NCBI GenBank assembly: GCA_002633005.1
Contig: NMRA01000500.1
Coordinates: 1-62,562 of the forward strand
DNA: 62,562 nucleotides
Origin: Phoronis australis
Lineage: Eukaryota > Animalia > Phoronida
Reading direction: 5' to 3'
Shown one piece after another: positions 35,078 through 48,129 of this stretch (position 1 is its first letter; each line of letters begins with the position of its first letter). Below the pieces are notes generated by a model. That model was given only the letters and a program-made list of their open reading frames with translations. It was not told where the DNA came from and did not search any database. The position numbers and the translations under genes are program-made.

Positions 35078-35982
35078 TTAAGATAAAGTCTCAAAACCGG
35101 CTTTATAGTTTTCTAAATTGTAATTTTGTTCTTGTTTTATGCATTATTGTAAAAGTTTTTCATAAAAATCACGAGGGTGCTACTTTTTGATAGCCTCTCA
35201 TACAAAAGTTCCTAAAGCGTATAAGTAGTGTGTGAAAGTGGCATAAGAATTCAGCTAGCCATCTCTGAGATACGATATTCTGCAGTATATGAATTCAACT
35301 AGCCATCTCTGAGATACGATATTCTGCAGTAAGCCAAATTTGGACACATTTTGTAAAAGTCCTTGTCAAGTTCGTCTAGTGTCAGACAATTTCTCAAGAC
35401 ACAAAACAGAACTAGTTAATTATATAATATATATTACCTCTCAAAAAGTCACACACAAAACACACAAACTCATAATAATGATTGTCGATACGAAAATTAT
35501 TATAGTTCACAAAGGACTCGGTGTCTCTTTGGGGCCTACACGTGCCACAACGTTGGCTTCTCAGCATCACAGATTTTCCACTGCTTGGACAAATATTACG
35601 GCGCCTAGCTTGACCAGCTTCTTGCACTCATGGTTCAGCTGCGTGGTGATAAAACTTAAGGGTCACGTGTTCTAAAGCGTTTTGACTGGTATGAGCACCA
35701 TGTGCTTCAAATATAAAGTACTAAGAGCGTGGCAGAGCACAGTTACTGCCCTCCACCCAAACTACCAGTAGACTGCCTCAGCATTATGGTGACTGCTACC
35801 TGCACTTGCAAAACGAGCACACTTGCATAACTATATAAAGGGGTTAGCTTTGTATAGACCAGCTAACAACAGCATGATATTCAAATCATATACAAGTCAG
35901 ACCAAATTGTGACGGTCCTACATAACTGTTAACTGTTCATTGTTATTTTATGTACAAATTATGTTATTCTTGGTACTTATAG

Positions 35983-36150
35983 TGGAGTGTGCTGCTGGGA
36001 CATTTTATAATGCTTCAACAAAAACCTGTCAAGACTGTGACATTGGCTCATATCAAAATGAAACAGCAGCGATGTCTTGTCAGCTGTGTTCAAATGATTC
36101 TAAGCAGACAACAGATGGCGCTGGATCGACTTCAAATGATGACTGCTATG
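35983..36150 (+). CDS. Exon 19, GCC2/GCC3 (ephrin-receptor-like) repeat 1
   Basis: VECAAGTFYNASTKTCQDCDIGSYQNETAAMSCQLC...GSTSNDDCY; phase 1-1, 168 nt. Confidence 0.93.
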
Positions 36151-36832
36151 GTATGTAGGATCACCAGCCAAACATAAATGGGTTCACATAGTGAAGTTAG
36201 TATTGTAGATTGAAGATTATTTAGTGCCTTTTTTCCCTGCACTATTCATGAACATTGGACATTGTCTTTGATCACTCTCAATTAAGCCAGGTAAAAGTTA
36301 CCAATTGTGTGGAGCTCCATCTGGCACGGAGAGCACTTTAGGTTTTTTACTTTATGACGTCTCCGTAAGTGGTTTCAAAGACTCTCACGGTAAAGTCTGC
36401 CTCGTTGCAAGCATGAACATTCTTGAAGCCTCGTATCATTTTCTGTGGGATGTTTGTCAACCGACCTCAGTCACCTATTACTGCAGACATGTGACACTGT
36501 GCAAGAACACATTGCAAACAGAAATTTTTGGAAATAAAAAATCAGCACAGCGTGGGTACTGGTGAAGGACAGGAATCGTGTGTGTATGCAATGATCATAC
36601 CATGCTTTTCTACAAAACTTGGTGTATATGCTATATTCATGCCATGTTTTTGTACAAAATTTCACCATAAAGACAAAATTATGATTTGCAAAATTGGCCT
36701 GTCTTCATTGTTGTGAATGCCCACAATTTCTGAAAACATTGTATGGTGGTCAGTGGCTGAAGCATTCATTGTGTGAATGTTTCTTTTATGAAAACAATTC
36801 ACTTGCCCGTCATACTTCCCGATTTGGTTTTA

Positions 36833-38306
36833 CCGTATTCGCCCTAATAAGCGTCCAGGCACTTGAAAAATTCGCTTCAGGAAGGGGGCGCTTATTATAG
36901 CCCAAAAGTGGTTGAAACCTGGTCTTCGAAACAGGTGAAATCGTAAGCTAGAATTCATCAAATTTATGCTCTGTGACGCATATGTAACCTATGATAGAGT
37001 TTCTACAAAATTGCAGTGCATTGCTATTAAACTTTGTTGTTAAATTACGAGGATTTTTCAGGAAATCCCAGTGCAAAATCTCGCCAAATGATACGTCGCT
37101 GCCTTGCGATTGCAGTAGGCCAACTTAAATTCTTGAGTAAAAATATACTAATTAGTTTGGACTCAACAAATTACCTGAAGTCCTCCTTAAGTTTTCAAAA
37201 TAGCGTCCCTAAGATTTTTAAGTTTCTGTGGAGTCGGGACTAACTGTATATTAAGTTCAAATCTGCGCTAGATCGTGCTCCGAAACATGAGAAAAATCTC
37301 TGGACGAACACACGTGTTTGTTTTGAAGTTCGTCTCCGTGTGTGAGTGGGCAAGCGCGTTCATGTTATCAGAGTTCATTTGCCACAGTAAACACAATGCA
37401 ATGATCTAGGTGTGCATTGTAACTATGTAAAGAAAGTAACACAAGCAGTAAAGTAGAACGTGTTTTGTTTAGCACTTGTTGATCTCATCTGCTAAATAAC
37501 GTTCTTGAATTGTCTCGGTTGGGCCGATGTCATTGAGTCGCCGGGTGACTGGATGCGTGATAGTCTAACAGTTATTTTTCAGGAGATTCAGGGGGGTCTA
37601 AGGGTGCGGAAGTGTTCACTGTCAGTGGGTCATTTTGACTATAAAAACACCAGTTACGACAAATTTAATAATTCCTCCTAAAAATAACGCAAACGTTTTT
37701 TACGGTATTAGAAACTTTTGGAAATAAGTGGCAGTATTTATTTCTTGCCGATGCTATGCTACACATTTCATGAATAAATAGTTTCCAAAGACTAATCTTC
37801 GATGACAGATACTTGAATGTAGGGCGTGCTTCCTGGCCACATGCTTTTAACAAAGGTCAAGTTTTTATTAGTTTTTGATTCACGGTTTTCATGTGTATTA
37901 AGAAATTTGGATTCCTGTTGAAGGAGAAGATTTGTATGGGAAAGATACAATACAATCCCTTTGACAAGTATGTTACGTCTGTTCTGAAAGGCCAGACCAT
38001 TAAATAGGACACGTCCCTCGCAACATCAGCAAAACTTGTGCATTTTTTTTTTGAAGCACGGCAGAAGTTTGAAGTGTATAGTCACGGCTTAATACCGAAA
38101 TAGTGGCGAGGCTCGTGGTCTACAAATTCCGTGCACAAGGACTTTCGGATCTTATTGATAAATTTAAGACGTTACTGTAGAATTTTAGAACTGCAGGTAA
38201 AGCATTTTTTGCATGTACATGGCGTTCATGGACTGGGAGCTCGGCAAAGTCTGAAAACGCGTGGAGGCACTCATAGGGGCATGGGTGCTTGTTAGGGCGA
38301 ATATGG
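36833..38306. mobile_element. TA-flanked MITE (pogo/Tc1-mariner-like); partial second copy 39085-40346
   Basis: TIR ccgtattcgccctaataagc / gcttgttagggcgaatatgg; TA on both sides. Confidence 0.8.
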
Positions 38307-38826
38307 TAATTTGACAGACTGTTCGAAATTCTGTGAGTATATAGATTTTGTAGCTTTAAAGGGATATTTGATTTTATTACAGTAAATGTTATTATTGAGA
38401 TAGACATATTGAAGTTATTAGCTTAGACCAATGTTACAAATTGCCAATTTTCAATGTTGACTGCGAAAACTTTGTTGAAAGAAGGTTGGTGACTTCATCA
38501 GTTAAGTACACATGAAATATTTTCAGATTGTTGTTTGGTGACGGAGCAAAGCATTGGACTGTCATTGGTGGGGTCAGGATTTTGAATCCGATTTGGGGTT
38601 TCTTATACCTGACTATAACACGAAAATTTGGTTTTGCATCATGTCTGAAAAGAGGCTTAATTTACTGCATCCTGTTACATGTCTAAGCGGAGCTGTGCTG
38701 TTTTTGTCCATCACAGACATATTTTTCAACTGCTCATGGCTAAATTGTTCAGGGTGTCCATGAGATAACACTACTGGCTCCCATAGCATGTGTCTATGAT
38801 GAATGGTGTTGATTTGGTCATTACAG

Positions 38827-38988
38827 AGGTGTGTTCAGCTGGTTATTACTACAGTAGAACGAGTGAAGACTGCAAGCCGTGTCCTGTAGGATATTACCAG
38901 AATTTACCTGGACAGTTCAGCTGTACTTCATGTCCTGGGGAAAACACTACAGCATCAAGCAGCTCTATCTCAGTTGACCAGTGCTTCA
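38827..38988 (+). CDS. Exon 20, GCC2/GCC3 repeat 2 (copy A)
   Basis: EVCSAGYYYSRTSEDCKPCPVGYYQNLPGQFSCTSCP...DQCF; phase 1-1. Confidence 0.9.
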
Positions 38989-40883
38989 GTGAGTTAAGCT
39001 ATAGCTTTAGTTGTTCAGTTGTATGAGATGCATGAACATTATGTGTAATATTGTGATGGTGGGAACTGTGATGCTTTGATGCANATTACGAGGATTTTTC
39101 AGGAAATCCCAGTGCAAAATCTCGCCAAATGATACGTCGCTGCCTTGCGATTGCAGTAGGTCAACTTAAATTCTTGAGTAAAAATATACTAATTAGTTTG
39201 GACTCAACAAATTACCTGAAGTCCTCCTTAAGTTTTCAAAATAGCGTCCCTAAGATTTTTAAGTTTCTGTGGAGTCGGGACTAACTGTATATTAAGTTCA
39301 AATCTACGCTAGATCGTAGTCCGAAACATGAGAAAAATCTCTGGACGAACACACATGTTTGTTTTGAAGTTCGTCTGCGTGTGTGAGTGGGCAAGCGCGT
39401 TCATGTTATCAGAGTTCATTTGCCACAGTAAACGCAATGCAATGATCTAGGTGTGCATTGTAACTATGTAAAGAAAGTAACACAAGCAGTAAAGTAGAAC
39501 GTGTTTTGTTTAGCACTTGTTGATCCCATCTGCTAAATAACATTCTTGAATTGTCTCGGTTGGGCTGATGTCATTGAGTCGCCGGGTGACTGGATGTGTG
39601 ATAGTCTAACAGTTATTTTTCAGGAGATTCGGGGGGGGTGTAAGGGTGCAGAAGTGTTCACTGTCAGTGGGTCATTTTGACTATAAAAACACTAGTTACG
39701 ACAAATTTAATAATTCCTCCTAAAAATAACGCAAACGTTTTTTACGGTATTAGAAACTTTTGGAAATAAGTGCCAGTATTTATTTCTTGCGATGCTATGC
39801 TACCCATTTCATGAATAGATAGTTCCCGAAGACTAATCTTCAATGACAGGTACTTGAATGTAGGGCGTGCTTCCTGTCCACAAGCTTTTAGCAAAGGTCT
39901 AGTTTTTATTAGTTTTTGATTCACGGTTTTCATGTGTATAAAGAAATTTGGATTCCTGTTGAAGGAAAAGATTTGTATGGGAAAGATACAATACAATCCC
40001 TTTGACAAGTATGTTATGTCTGTTCTGAAAGGCCAGACCATTAAATAGGACACGTCCCTCGCAACATCAGCAAAACTTGTGCATTTTTTTTTGAAGCACG
40101 GCGGAAGTTTGAAGTGTATAGTCACGGCTAAATACCGAAATAGTGGCAAGGCTCGTGGTCTACAAATTCCGTGCACAAGGACTTTCGGATCTTATTGATA
40201 AATTTAAGACGTTACTGTAGAATTTTAGAACTGCAGGTAAAGCATTTTTTGCATGTACATGGCGTTCATGGACTGGACGCTCGGCAAAGTCTGAAAACGC
40301 GTGGAGGCACTTATAGGGGCATGGGTGCTTGTTAGGGCGAATATGGTAATTTGAGAGACTGTTCGAAATTCTGTGAGTATATAGATTTTGTAGCTTTAAA
40401 GGGATATTTGATTTTATTACAGTAAATGTTATTATTGAGATAGACATATTGAAGTTATTAGCTTAGACCAACGTTACAAATTGCCAATTTTCAATGTTGA
40501 CTGCGAATAATTTGTTGAAAGAAGGTTGGTGACTTCATCACTTAAGTACACATGAAATATTTTCAGATTGTTGTTTGGTGACGGAGCAAAGCATTGGACT
40601 GTCATTGGTGGGGTCAGGATTTTGAATCCGATTTGGGGTTGAAAAAACACTTTAGTTTCTTATACCTGACTATAACACGAAAATTTGGTTTTGCATCATG
40701 TCTGAAAAGAGGCTTAATTTACTGCATCCTGTTACATGTCTAAGCGGAGCTGTGCTGTTTTTGTCCATCACAGACATATTGTTCAACTGTTCATGGCTAA
40801 ATTGTTCAGGGTGTCCGTGAGATAACACTACTGGCTCCCATAGCATGTGTCTATGATGAATGGTGTTCATTTGGTCATTACAG

Positions 40884-41045
40884 AGGTGTGTTCAGCTGGT
40901 TATTACTACAGTAGAACGAGTGAGGACTGCAAGCCGTGTCCTGTAGGATATTACCAGAGTTTACCTGGACAGTTCAGCTGTACTTCATGTCCTGGGGAAA
41001 ACACTACAGCGTCAAGCAGCTCTATCTCAGTTGACCAGTGCTTCA
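40884..41045 (+). CDS. Exon 20 copy B (probable alternate haplotype)
   Basis: 3 substitutions versus 38827-38988 (N>S plus two synonymous); lies in the block duplicated across the N at 39084. Confidence 0.75.
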
Positions 41046-41243
41046 GTGAGTTAAGCTATAGCTTTAGTTGTTCAGTTGTATGAGATGCATGGACATTATG
41101 TGTAATATTTGTGATGGTGGGAACTGTGATGCTTTGATGCAGGTTTGTATTCACTTCGTGGCTTATAACATACCATTGTTAAATGAATATGACATCAGAA
41201 ACCAGATGACATAAAAATGACAGACTGAATGTTCATAGCTGAC

Positions 41244-41482
41244 GGAGGAGGCAGTGTGGCCTAGTGTGATAGGTGCCCGTCTTCTCACTCGAGGTCGTGG
41301 GTTCAAGTTCCACTGGGCTACGCTGCCAGACCCTTGAGTAAGGTTTCTATCTCCTCAGCTCAGTTTTAACTATATATTAATAAAGCACAAAAATAGTTCC
41401 AGGTGATCAGTGCAATGGGCCCACATGCGCGGTCTGCGCACATCTGGTACAACGTGTATCAGACCGCCTGCAATTTTTTTTG
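41244..41482 (+). mobile_element. tRNA-derived SINE, full length
   Basis: A box tggcctagtgtg 41257-41268, B box ggttcaagttcc 41300-41311, T-rich tail, TSD atagctg(a/t)c. Confidence 0.85.
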
Positions 41483-41508
41483 ATAGCTGTCGCTGTTTCA
41501 TAGTATAG

Positions 41509-43152
41509 GGGATAAAGTAGTTACCTATCATCGTCTTGTTTTGTATTATGGACTTAACTTTCAAGCCGTCCTGGGCACTTGGTCGCGATACTGGCTGGAA
41601 CCTTCATGTCACACGATCATCAGTGGGTGGTCCTTGGAGATTGTCCAACCCCATCTGGTGGCTGTTACTTGCAAGGAGGCGCTAGTAAATAGCTGGTAAT
41701 TCATATATTCACTGTCCCTGTTCAATTTTGGTTTATTGCTTATGATTTCCAATTCCCTATTATTTTGGCTGTAGGTATACAAATGTGTGTTCTACAGCAT
41801 CCTTTAGGGCTGTCAGATGATATGTTAAAGTGTTCTTTTACTCTGGTCTCTACATAGATTCCGTGCGGTCTCACCAACATGTTTGGCAGTACAGTCGGCA
41901 TTGAATCTTCTATATCACCCAACATTTCTTGTTGTCATCTGACTTGCCTTTCGAGTGGAACAAGGTACTCTGTAGGGTGTAGAACGCTTTGTGGTAGGTG
42001 CCCACCTGTTGTTCTCTGAAGATGTTCGACAGTAAAAAAATCAGGGTCCTTGAAATTCCTTTGGGTCAAACCAGGTGCTGCCATGGACTCACCCATTAGC
42101 ACCACTGTAGCTAATCTGTACATGGAAAGTTTTGAAACTAGACCATGGCTACGACTGACCATCCCCCATTACCGTGGAACTGCTACGCAGACGACACCTC
42201 TGTCAAGGAGTACTGCTTAAGTGAATTTTTAGATCTGATATAACTTCAACTCTGTGGACCCTTACATCAGGTTTACCACTGAGCACCCATCGAATGACAA
42301 ACTTTCTTTTCTTGACACATGCATACATATCAAACAGGACTACAGTATGAATGTCACTACCTACCGTAAACCTACCCACATGGATCTGTACCTGAATTTA
42401 TGCTCAAACCATCATCTCCACCATAAAAGTTCAGCCGTGTGTACATGCAAGAGCTGGACAATTAGTAACAGAGGAAGGTTACGTACAAGCATCTGGAGTT
42501 GACTAGAATTAAACATGTGTTACTTGGCAATGACTACTCCGACTGTATGTTCGATCCCAGATCCAATTTGTCGCCCTTCCATGCCTTCACAGTCTCTCAG
42601 AAAAACTGTCTAACATCTCCAGAGAACACCAGGTGGGCACCTACCACAAACTATTCAACACTCTTTCGGAGTGTCTTGGTTCACCTTCTGAAGGGCAAGT
42701 CATGCGATAATAAGAAGTGCGGGGTGATATACGTGATTGAATGTCCAGCCAAATTTGTTGGCGAGATGGATCAAAATGTAGGTGCCAGACTAATAGAACA
42801 CTTCAGTTATCATCTGGCAGCAGTACAGCCCTAGGAGAACACCATATGGTCACATCACACAACATTTGCAAACCTACAGTGAAAATGCTATAGAAAAAGT
42901 AACTATTGGAATTGGAAAATCAGAGAAGCAGTCGAAATCATGAGCAGATACAGTGGATATGCATTACCAGCTTTTTACCAGCACCTCAGTCCTCTCAAGT
43001 AAAAACCTCCAAGAGGGGTTGAACAACCACCAAGGACCACCCACTAATGACCACGTGACACGAAGGTTACGGCCAGTACCCTCAACAAAGGGCACAGCAT
43101 GGGCTCAAAAATTAGGTAACACAAACAGGTCGGTGATAGGTAACTACTCTAT
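41509..43152. mobile_element. Penelope-like retroelement relic (RT thumb + GIY-YIG) with inverted 3' copy; duplicated at 43270-44710
   Basis: SPISTTVANLYMESFE, YADD, IRFTTEH..LSFLD, YRKPTHMDLYL, GVIYVIEC..C..KYVGE; frameshifted and with stops. Confidence 0.85.
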
Positions 43153-44749
43153 TTATGGCATAAAAAGGCTTAAAAGACCTTCAAGGTAATTAGATAACAT
43201 ACTGGTGGCCTAATAGTGGTATAAAGTCAAGGCTTGCGAAACGAGAGAAAACAGATTCAAATCTTAATNGTTCAATTTTGGTTTATTGCTTATGATTTCC
43301 AATTCCCTATTATTTTGGCTGTAGGTATACAAATGTGTGTTCTACAGCATCCTTTAGGGCTGTCAGATGATATGTTAAAGTGTTCTTTTACTCTGGTCTC
43401 TACATAGATTGCGTGCGGTCTCACCAACATGTTTGGCAGTACAGTCGGCATTGAATCTTCTATATCACCCAACATTTCTTGTTGTCATCTGACTTGCCTT
43501 TCGAGTGGAACAAGGCACTCTGTAGGGTGTAGAACGCTTTGTGGTAGGTGCCCACCTGTTGTTCTCTGAAGATGTTCGACAGTAAAAAAATCAGGGTCCT
43601 TGAAATTCCTTTGGGTCAAACCAGGTGCTGCCATGGACTCACCCATTAGCACCACTGTAGCTAATCTGTACATGGAAAGTTTTGAAACTAGACCATGGCT
43701 ACGACTGACCATCCCCCATTACCGTGGAACTGCTACGCAGACGACACCTCTGTCAAGGAGTACTGCTTAAGTGAATTTTTAGATCTGATATAACTTCAAC
43801 TCTGTGGACCCTTACATCAGGTTTACCACTGAGCACCCATCGAATGACAAACTTTCTTTTCTTGACACATGCATACATATCAAACAGGACTACAGTATGA
43901 ATGTCACTACCTACCGTAAACCTACCCACATGGATCTGTACCTGAATTTATGCTCAAACCATCATCTCCACCATAAAAGTTCAGCCGTGTGTACATGCAA
44001 GAGCTGGACAATTAGTAACAGAGGAAGGTTACGTACAAGCATCTGGAGTTGACTAGAATTAAACATGTGTTACTTGGCAATGACTACTCCGACTGTATGT
44101 TCGATCCCAGATCCAATTTATCGCCCTTCCATGCCTTCACAGTCTCTCAGAAAAACTGTCTAACATCTCCAAAGAACACCAGGTGGGCACCTACCACAAA
44201 CTATTCAACACTCTTTCGGAGTGTCTTGGTCCACCTGAAGGGCAAGTCATGCGATAATAAGAAGTGCGGGGTGATATACGTGATTGAATGTTCTGAATGT
44301 CCTGCCAAATATGTTGGCGAGATGGATCAAAATGTAGGTGCCAGACTAATAGAACACTTCAGTTATCATCTGGCAGCAGTACAGCCCTAGGAAAACACCA
44401 TATGGACACATCACACAACATTTGCAAACCTACAGTGAAAATGCTATAGAAAAAGTAACTATTGGAATTGGAAAATCAGAGAAGCAGTCGAAATCATGAG
44501 CAGATACTGTGGATATGCATTACCAGCTTTTTACCAGCACCTCAGTCCTCTCAAGTAAAAACCTCCAAGAGGGGTTGAACAACCACCAAGGACCACCCAC
44601 TAATGACCACGTGACACGAAGGTTACGGCCAGTACCCTCAACAAAGGGCACAGCATGGGCTCAAAAATTAGGTAACACAAACAGGTCGGTGATAGGTAAC
44701 TACTCTATTTATGGCATAAAAAGGCTTAAAAGACCTTCAAGGTAATTAG
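41720..44749. other. Assembly duplication: 41720-43193 versus 43270-44749
   Basis: Second copy is bounded by single Ns at 43269 and 44750. Confidence 0.85.
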
Positions 44750-46514
44750 NTGGGATGCAGTCACTTTATGTTGAACACTTCGCAAGTGAAGTGATCAGCT
44801 AAACTGACCATACCAGAAAGGAGACAAGGTGGGTAGCCCACTTGTTAGAATTTATTGAGCCCACTTATTGCTCTTCACCATATATATGACAGCTCTGCCC
44901 ATTACGGCATTTTCCCCTTGATCCCAGCTTGTTCGATTCTATAGCCCAACAACAAGTTGGGAAGATGACCCCCTATCTTTTGTTCGATAATTGCTCTAAT
45001 CTCCAATAAGATCGTTTCTAGCCTGACTGGGCTGTGCTGTTAAAAAAAAAGTTAAATTATAACATATTTGAACATAAACCAATAGCATTTCCTCGTCAAA
45101 TGCTGATCATGTTTAGTTTTTGAATCGCCAAAATCGACCAACTACAACCGAAGTTACGACAATCTATTCTTTCCAAACTTACAAATTCGCTCTATGTTTG
45201 ACTATGTTCACTCATGGTTTGTTATAAGGCTGGTAGATAATTGGCCTGCTTGTTGTCATACCGGACAAAAGACTGTACTGGGCAGTTAACAAAGGAGCTA
45301 TATGTTATCACATGCTCACAACCTTCTATGTCTGGTAAAGTCACTGCATTGGAGAATGCTGCAATGCTTTCATCATAGCTGCCTTTCCGGTAATTTCTTT
45401 TTTCATAAGGTTTCATCCCACTTGTGACTAGCTTTCTATCTTCAAATACTTAAATGTTTAAAACCACCATTACCTTGGTGTGACATGTGACTACATTGTC
45501 AGCACCATTACACCTTCCTTTATAGCACTAAATATGACAACTGTGAAAAATGAGACAGTAGAAGTAAAGTTTTTTAGTATGAACGTACCCAGGGCCAGTG
45601 TGTCATGTCCACCAACACGTGAGGTTCTTGTACAAAGTTGAGCCATATCCTAGCATCTCCAATGTCCCACGAAAAGTGTAAGGAGCCACAGCAAAGTCAA
45701 ATACAAATATGCACAACCACTACAAGCATAACATTTCACTATTCCTTATTATGTCATAAACCACTGGCAAACCAGTAGCAATATCTGAAGACTTTTCACA
45801 CTATGCTCAATAGAGGGTGATTAGATTGCTCAGTTATTTGTTGTCCTAATTTTACGTAGCACAAAACGACCAATAAATCCTCCTAACTTGATCTTAGGTA
45901 ATTTAAACATATCGTCAGATAATGTTTGCAAGTGTTGTAATTTCACACGTAATTGACTTAGGGTGTGGTTGTTGGTGTTTTTGATATGAAACTGGTGATT
46001 TTAATAACTTTAAATTGGTTTGTCTACAAAGAATTTAAACTCCCACATGCTCACAATTTGCTTTCTTGTGACAAACAAGCCTTAGTGACTATGTTCATGA
46101 CTTTGTGATTCCTTCATTTGTGCTCTTCACTTTGTTTTCAAAATCACAAGCTCATCCTCTAACTTTGCATTTTTTAAATACTTTTGTTGTAAACTGTTGT
46201 GTTCAGTAGCATCCTGTTCCAGTGGCTGTTTGTGTTACTCTCATTTGGTGACTGTATCCAGTCAGGATCAGATTGAAATATAAGAGCTGTCCTTTTAACC
46301 ATCTGTTTAATTAACAAATCATCACATAAACCAAGACAAACTGGGTGCATTAGCGTTTTTATAAGTGAACCTGACCACATGCTTATCAGTTGTAAAAATA
46401 ATTGTAAAGAGGGTGAAAAAAGTGTAAGTTCATGCCTTTCTGCGAACTGAAAATCTTTTTAAGTTGCATGGTGTTGCTAGTTCACTGTAAAAACCAGTAA
46501 CTATGTTGTTTTAG

Positions 46515-46673
46515 AAGCCTGTGAACCTGGGTCTTATCTTACCAACAACTCATGTGAGCCATGTCCTATCGGAGAATTCCAACCTGAACGATGGAAGACA
46601 TCTTGTTTGTCATGTGGAGGAGCAAGTTATCGTACAAACAGTACGGGACAGACAGACAAAACAGCTTGTTACT
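46515..46673 (+). CDS. Exon 21, GCC2/GCC3 repeat 3
   Basis: ACEPGSYLTNNSCEPCPIGEFQPERWKTSCLSCGG...TACY; phase 1-1. Confidence 0.92.
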
Positions 46674-46831
46674 GTGAGTTTCTCCAACCTGCTTATCTGA
46701 ATGTCATTTATTTAATGCAATGTGTCTTTTCACATAGAGTGCAACATTTTAACATTAATTGAATAACTTTAATTTTACCTTATACATTTGATGAAATGGG
46801 CTCCAGCTGTCAGTATGTTCGTCTGTTTCAG

Positions 46832-47017
46832 TTTTTTGTCCTGATGGTGAAGAAGTATCTGGCCAGGAGAACTGTACAAAGTGTCCTGTGGAGAAGTATC
46901 GCAGTAATAAAGAAGATGGATACATGTCAAAATGTCAGACATGTCCATCCAGTAATGCTAGTGTTGCCATGGTTTCGCCAACAGAGGGAGCCAAATTAGC
47001 TTCTGAATGCACCATAT
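46832..47017 (+). CDS. Exon 22, GCC2/GCC3 repeat 4
   Basis: FCPDGEEVSGQENCTKCPVEKYRSNKEDGYMSKCQTCP...SECTI; phase 1-1. Confidence 0.92.
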
Positions 47018-47290
47018 GTAAGTGGGGTGGCTGTGTAGTTCATTCAATTTTTACCATCTTGTTCGTAGTGTTGTTCTTGAAATAGTAATTGTTAGTTATG
47101 AATCTGGTATTTGGTGGTTTGATATGCTCTAGGGAAGCAGTTTTTGTTTGATAAAAGTACAGGTTTCAGATTATTTTTATTAGCTTTCCATTTTTACATA
47201 TTATTATCTAATTGAAAGCCAATTTATTTTGAGTCTCTGCCATTACAAGAATCCTTCAGTTCATTGATTGTTTTCTAATATGTGTTACAG

Positions 47291-47452
47291 TGGATTGTAC
47301 TGCAGGTCATGAAGCTGATGATAGTAACACTGAGTGTGTTAAGTGTCCTCTTGGTCAGTACCAACCCAATCCACGCCAAATAGACTGTATCAGTTGTGGA
47401 ACTGGTAATAGTACGCGCTCTAATGGCACTGTATATCAAAATAGTTGTGAAG
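47291..47452 (+). CDS. Exon 23, GCC2/GCC3 repeat 5
   Basis: DCTAGHEADDSNTECVKCPLGQYQPNPRQIDCISCG...NSCE; phase 1-1. Confidence 0.92.
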
Positions 47453-47961
47453 GTGAGTGGCTTGCATGTAGATTTGTTTGTAGCATATAGTGGAGAGTTG
47501 TGGAATGTGACAGTTTTGGTCCACTTGAGAAGTGATAGTAGCTGCCAGTTTTGAGTGGATTCTGATGAGGACCGTACCCTGCAATGTCACTGTTGTGTCT
47601 GCACAGTACTCACCAATAATCATACAGTCAAGTGACATGTCGTGGCGGTGTGTAGAAATTAACCATGCCCAACCGCAAAATATTGAAGTGACGAGTTGAG
47701 CTTTCATCTCCCTTTTTGATGTGAACATTTTGAAAATATTGGAAATTGTATATTAGATATTCATCTGCAAAGTACATACTTTTAGCATAGTTAAAGGTTA
47801 TGTGCTGAATGAGTTAAAATACCTGGCATGTCAGTGCTTTTGCTCAATTGGAAATTTTATAAGTTTCCTTTTTGATTAAAATGAAGTAGATTGAAGTCGT
47901 TAACAATTTTTAATGACACATTTTTATTGCTGCCACCTATAATTACTTTATCACTTTACAG

Positions 47962-48129
47962 CATTCTGTCACCCTGGTTATGAGAAGAACTCATCTGGTA
48001 GCTGTATACCCTGCAGTATTGGTTATTACAAGACAAATGGAGACTTCAAGTTTGACATGTGTAGTTTGTGTCCTGTAGACTACATCACATCAAGTGTAGC
48101 CAGCTCAAATATATCAGACTGCAATATCA
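47962..48129 (+). CDS. Exon 24, GCC2/GCC3 repeat 6
   Basis: FCHPGYEKNSSGSCIPCSIGYYKTNGDFKFDMCSLCPVDYIT...DCNI; phase 1-1. Confidence 0.92.

Larger units (their letters stand above)
37044..41141. other. Assembly duplication: 37044-39083 versus 39085-41141
   Basis: Near-identical with SNPs and indels; N at 39084. Confidence 0.85.

Noticed and set aside
35379-35915. Possible solo LTR with a TATA-like tatataaag
   Set aside because: Terminal inverted match is poor and no TSD was found.
38827-41045. Mutually exclusive (Dscam-like) exon pairs
   Set aside because: Flanking introns are duplicated at near identity and the join is a single N; haplotig artefact is more likely.
41244-41320. Possible tRNA gene
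   Set aside because: A and B boxes are present but there is no convincing cloverleaf; it continues into a repeated body with TSDs, so it is a SINE head.
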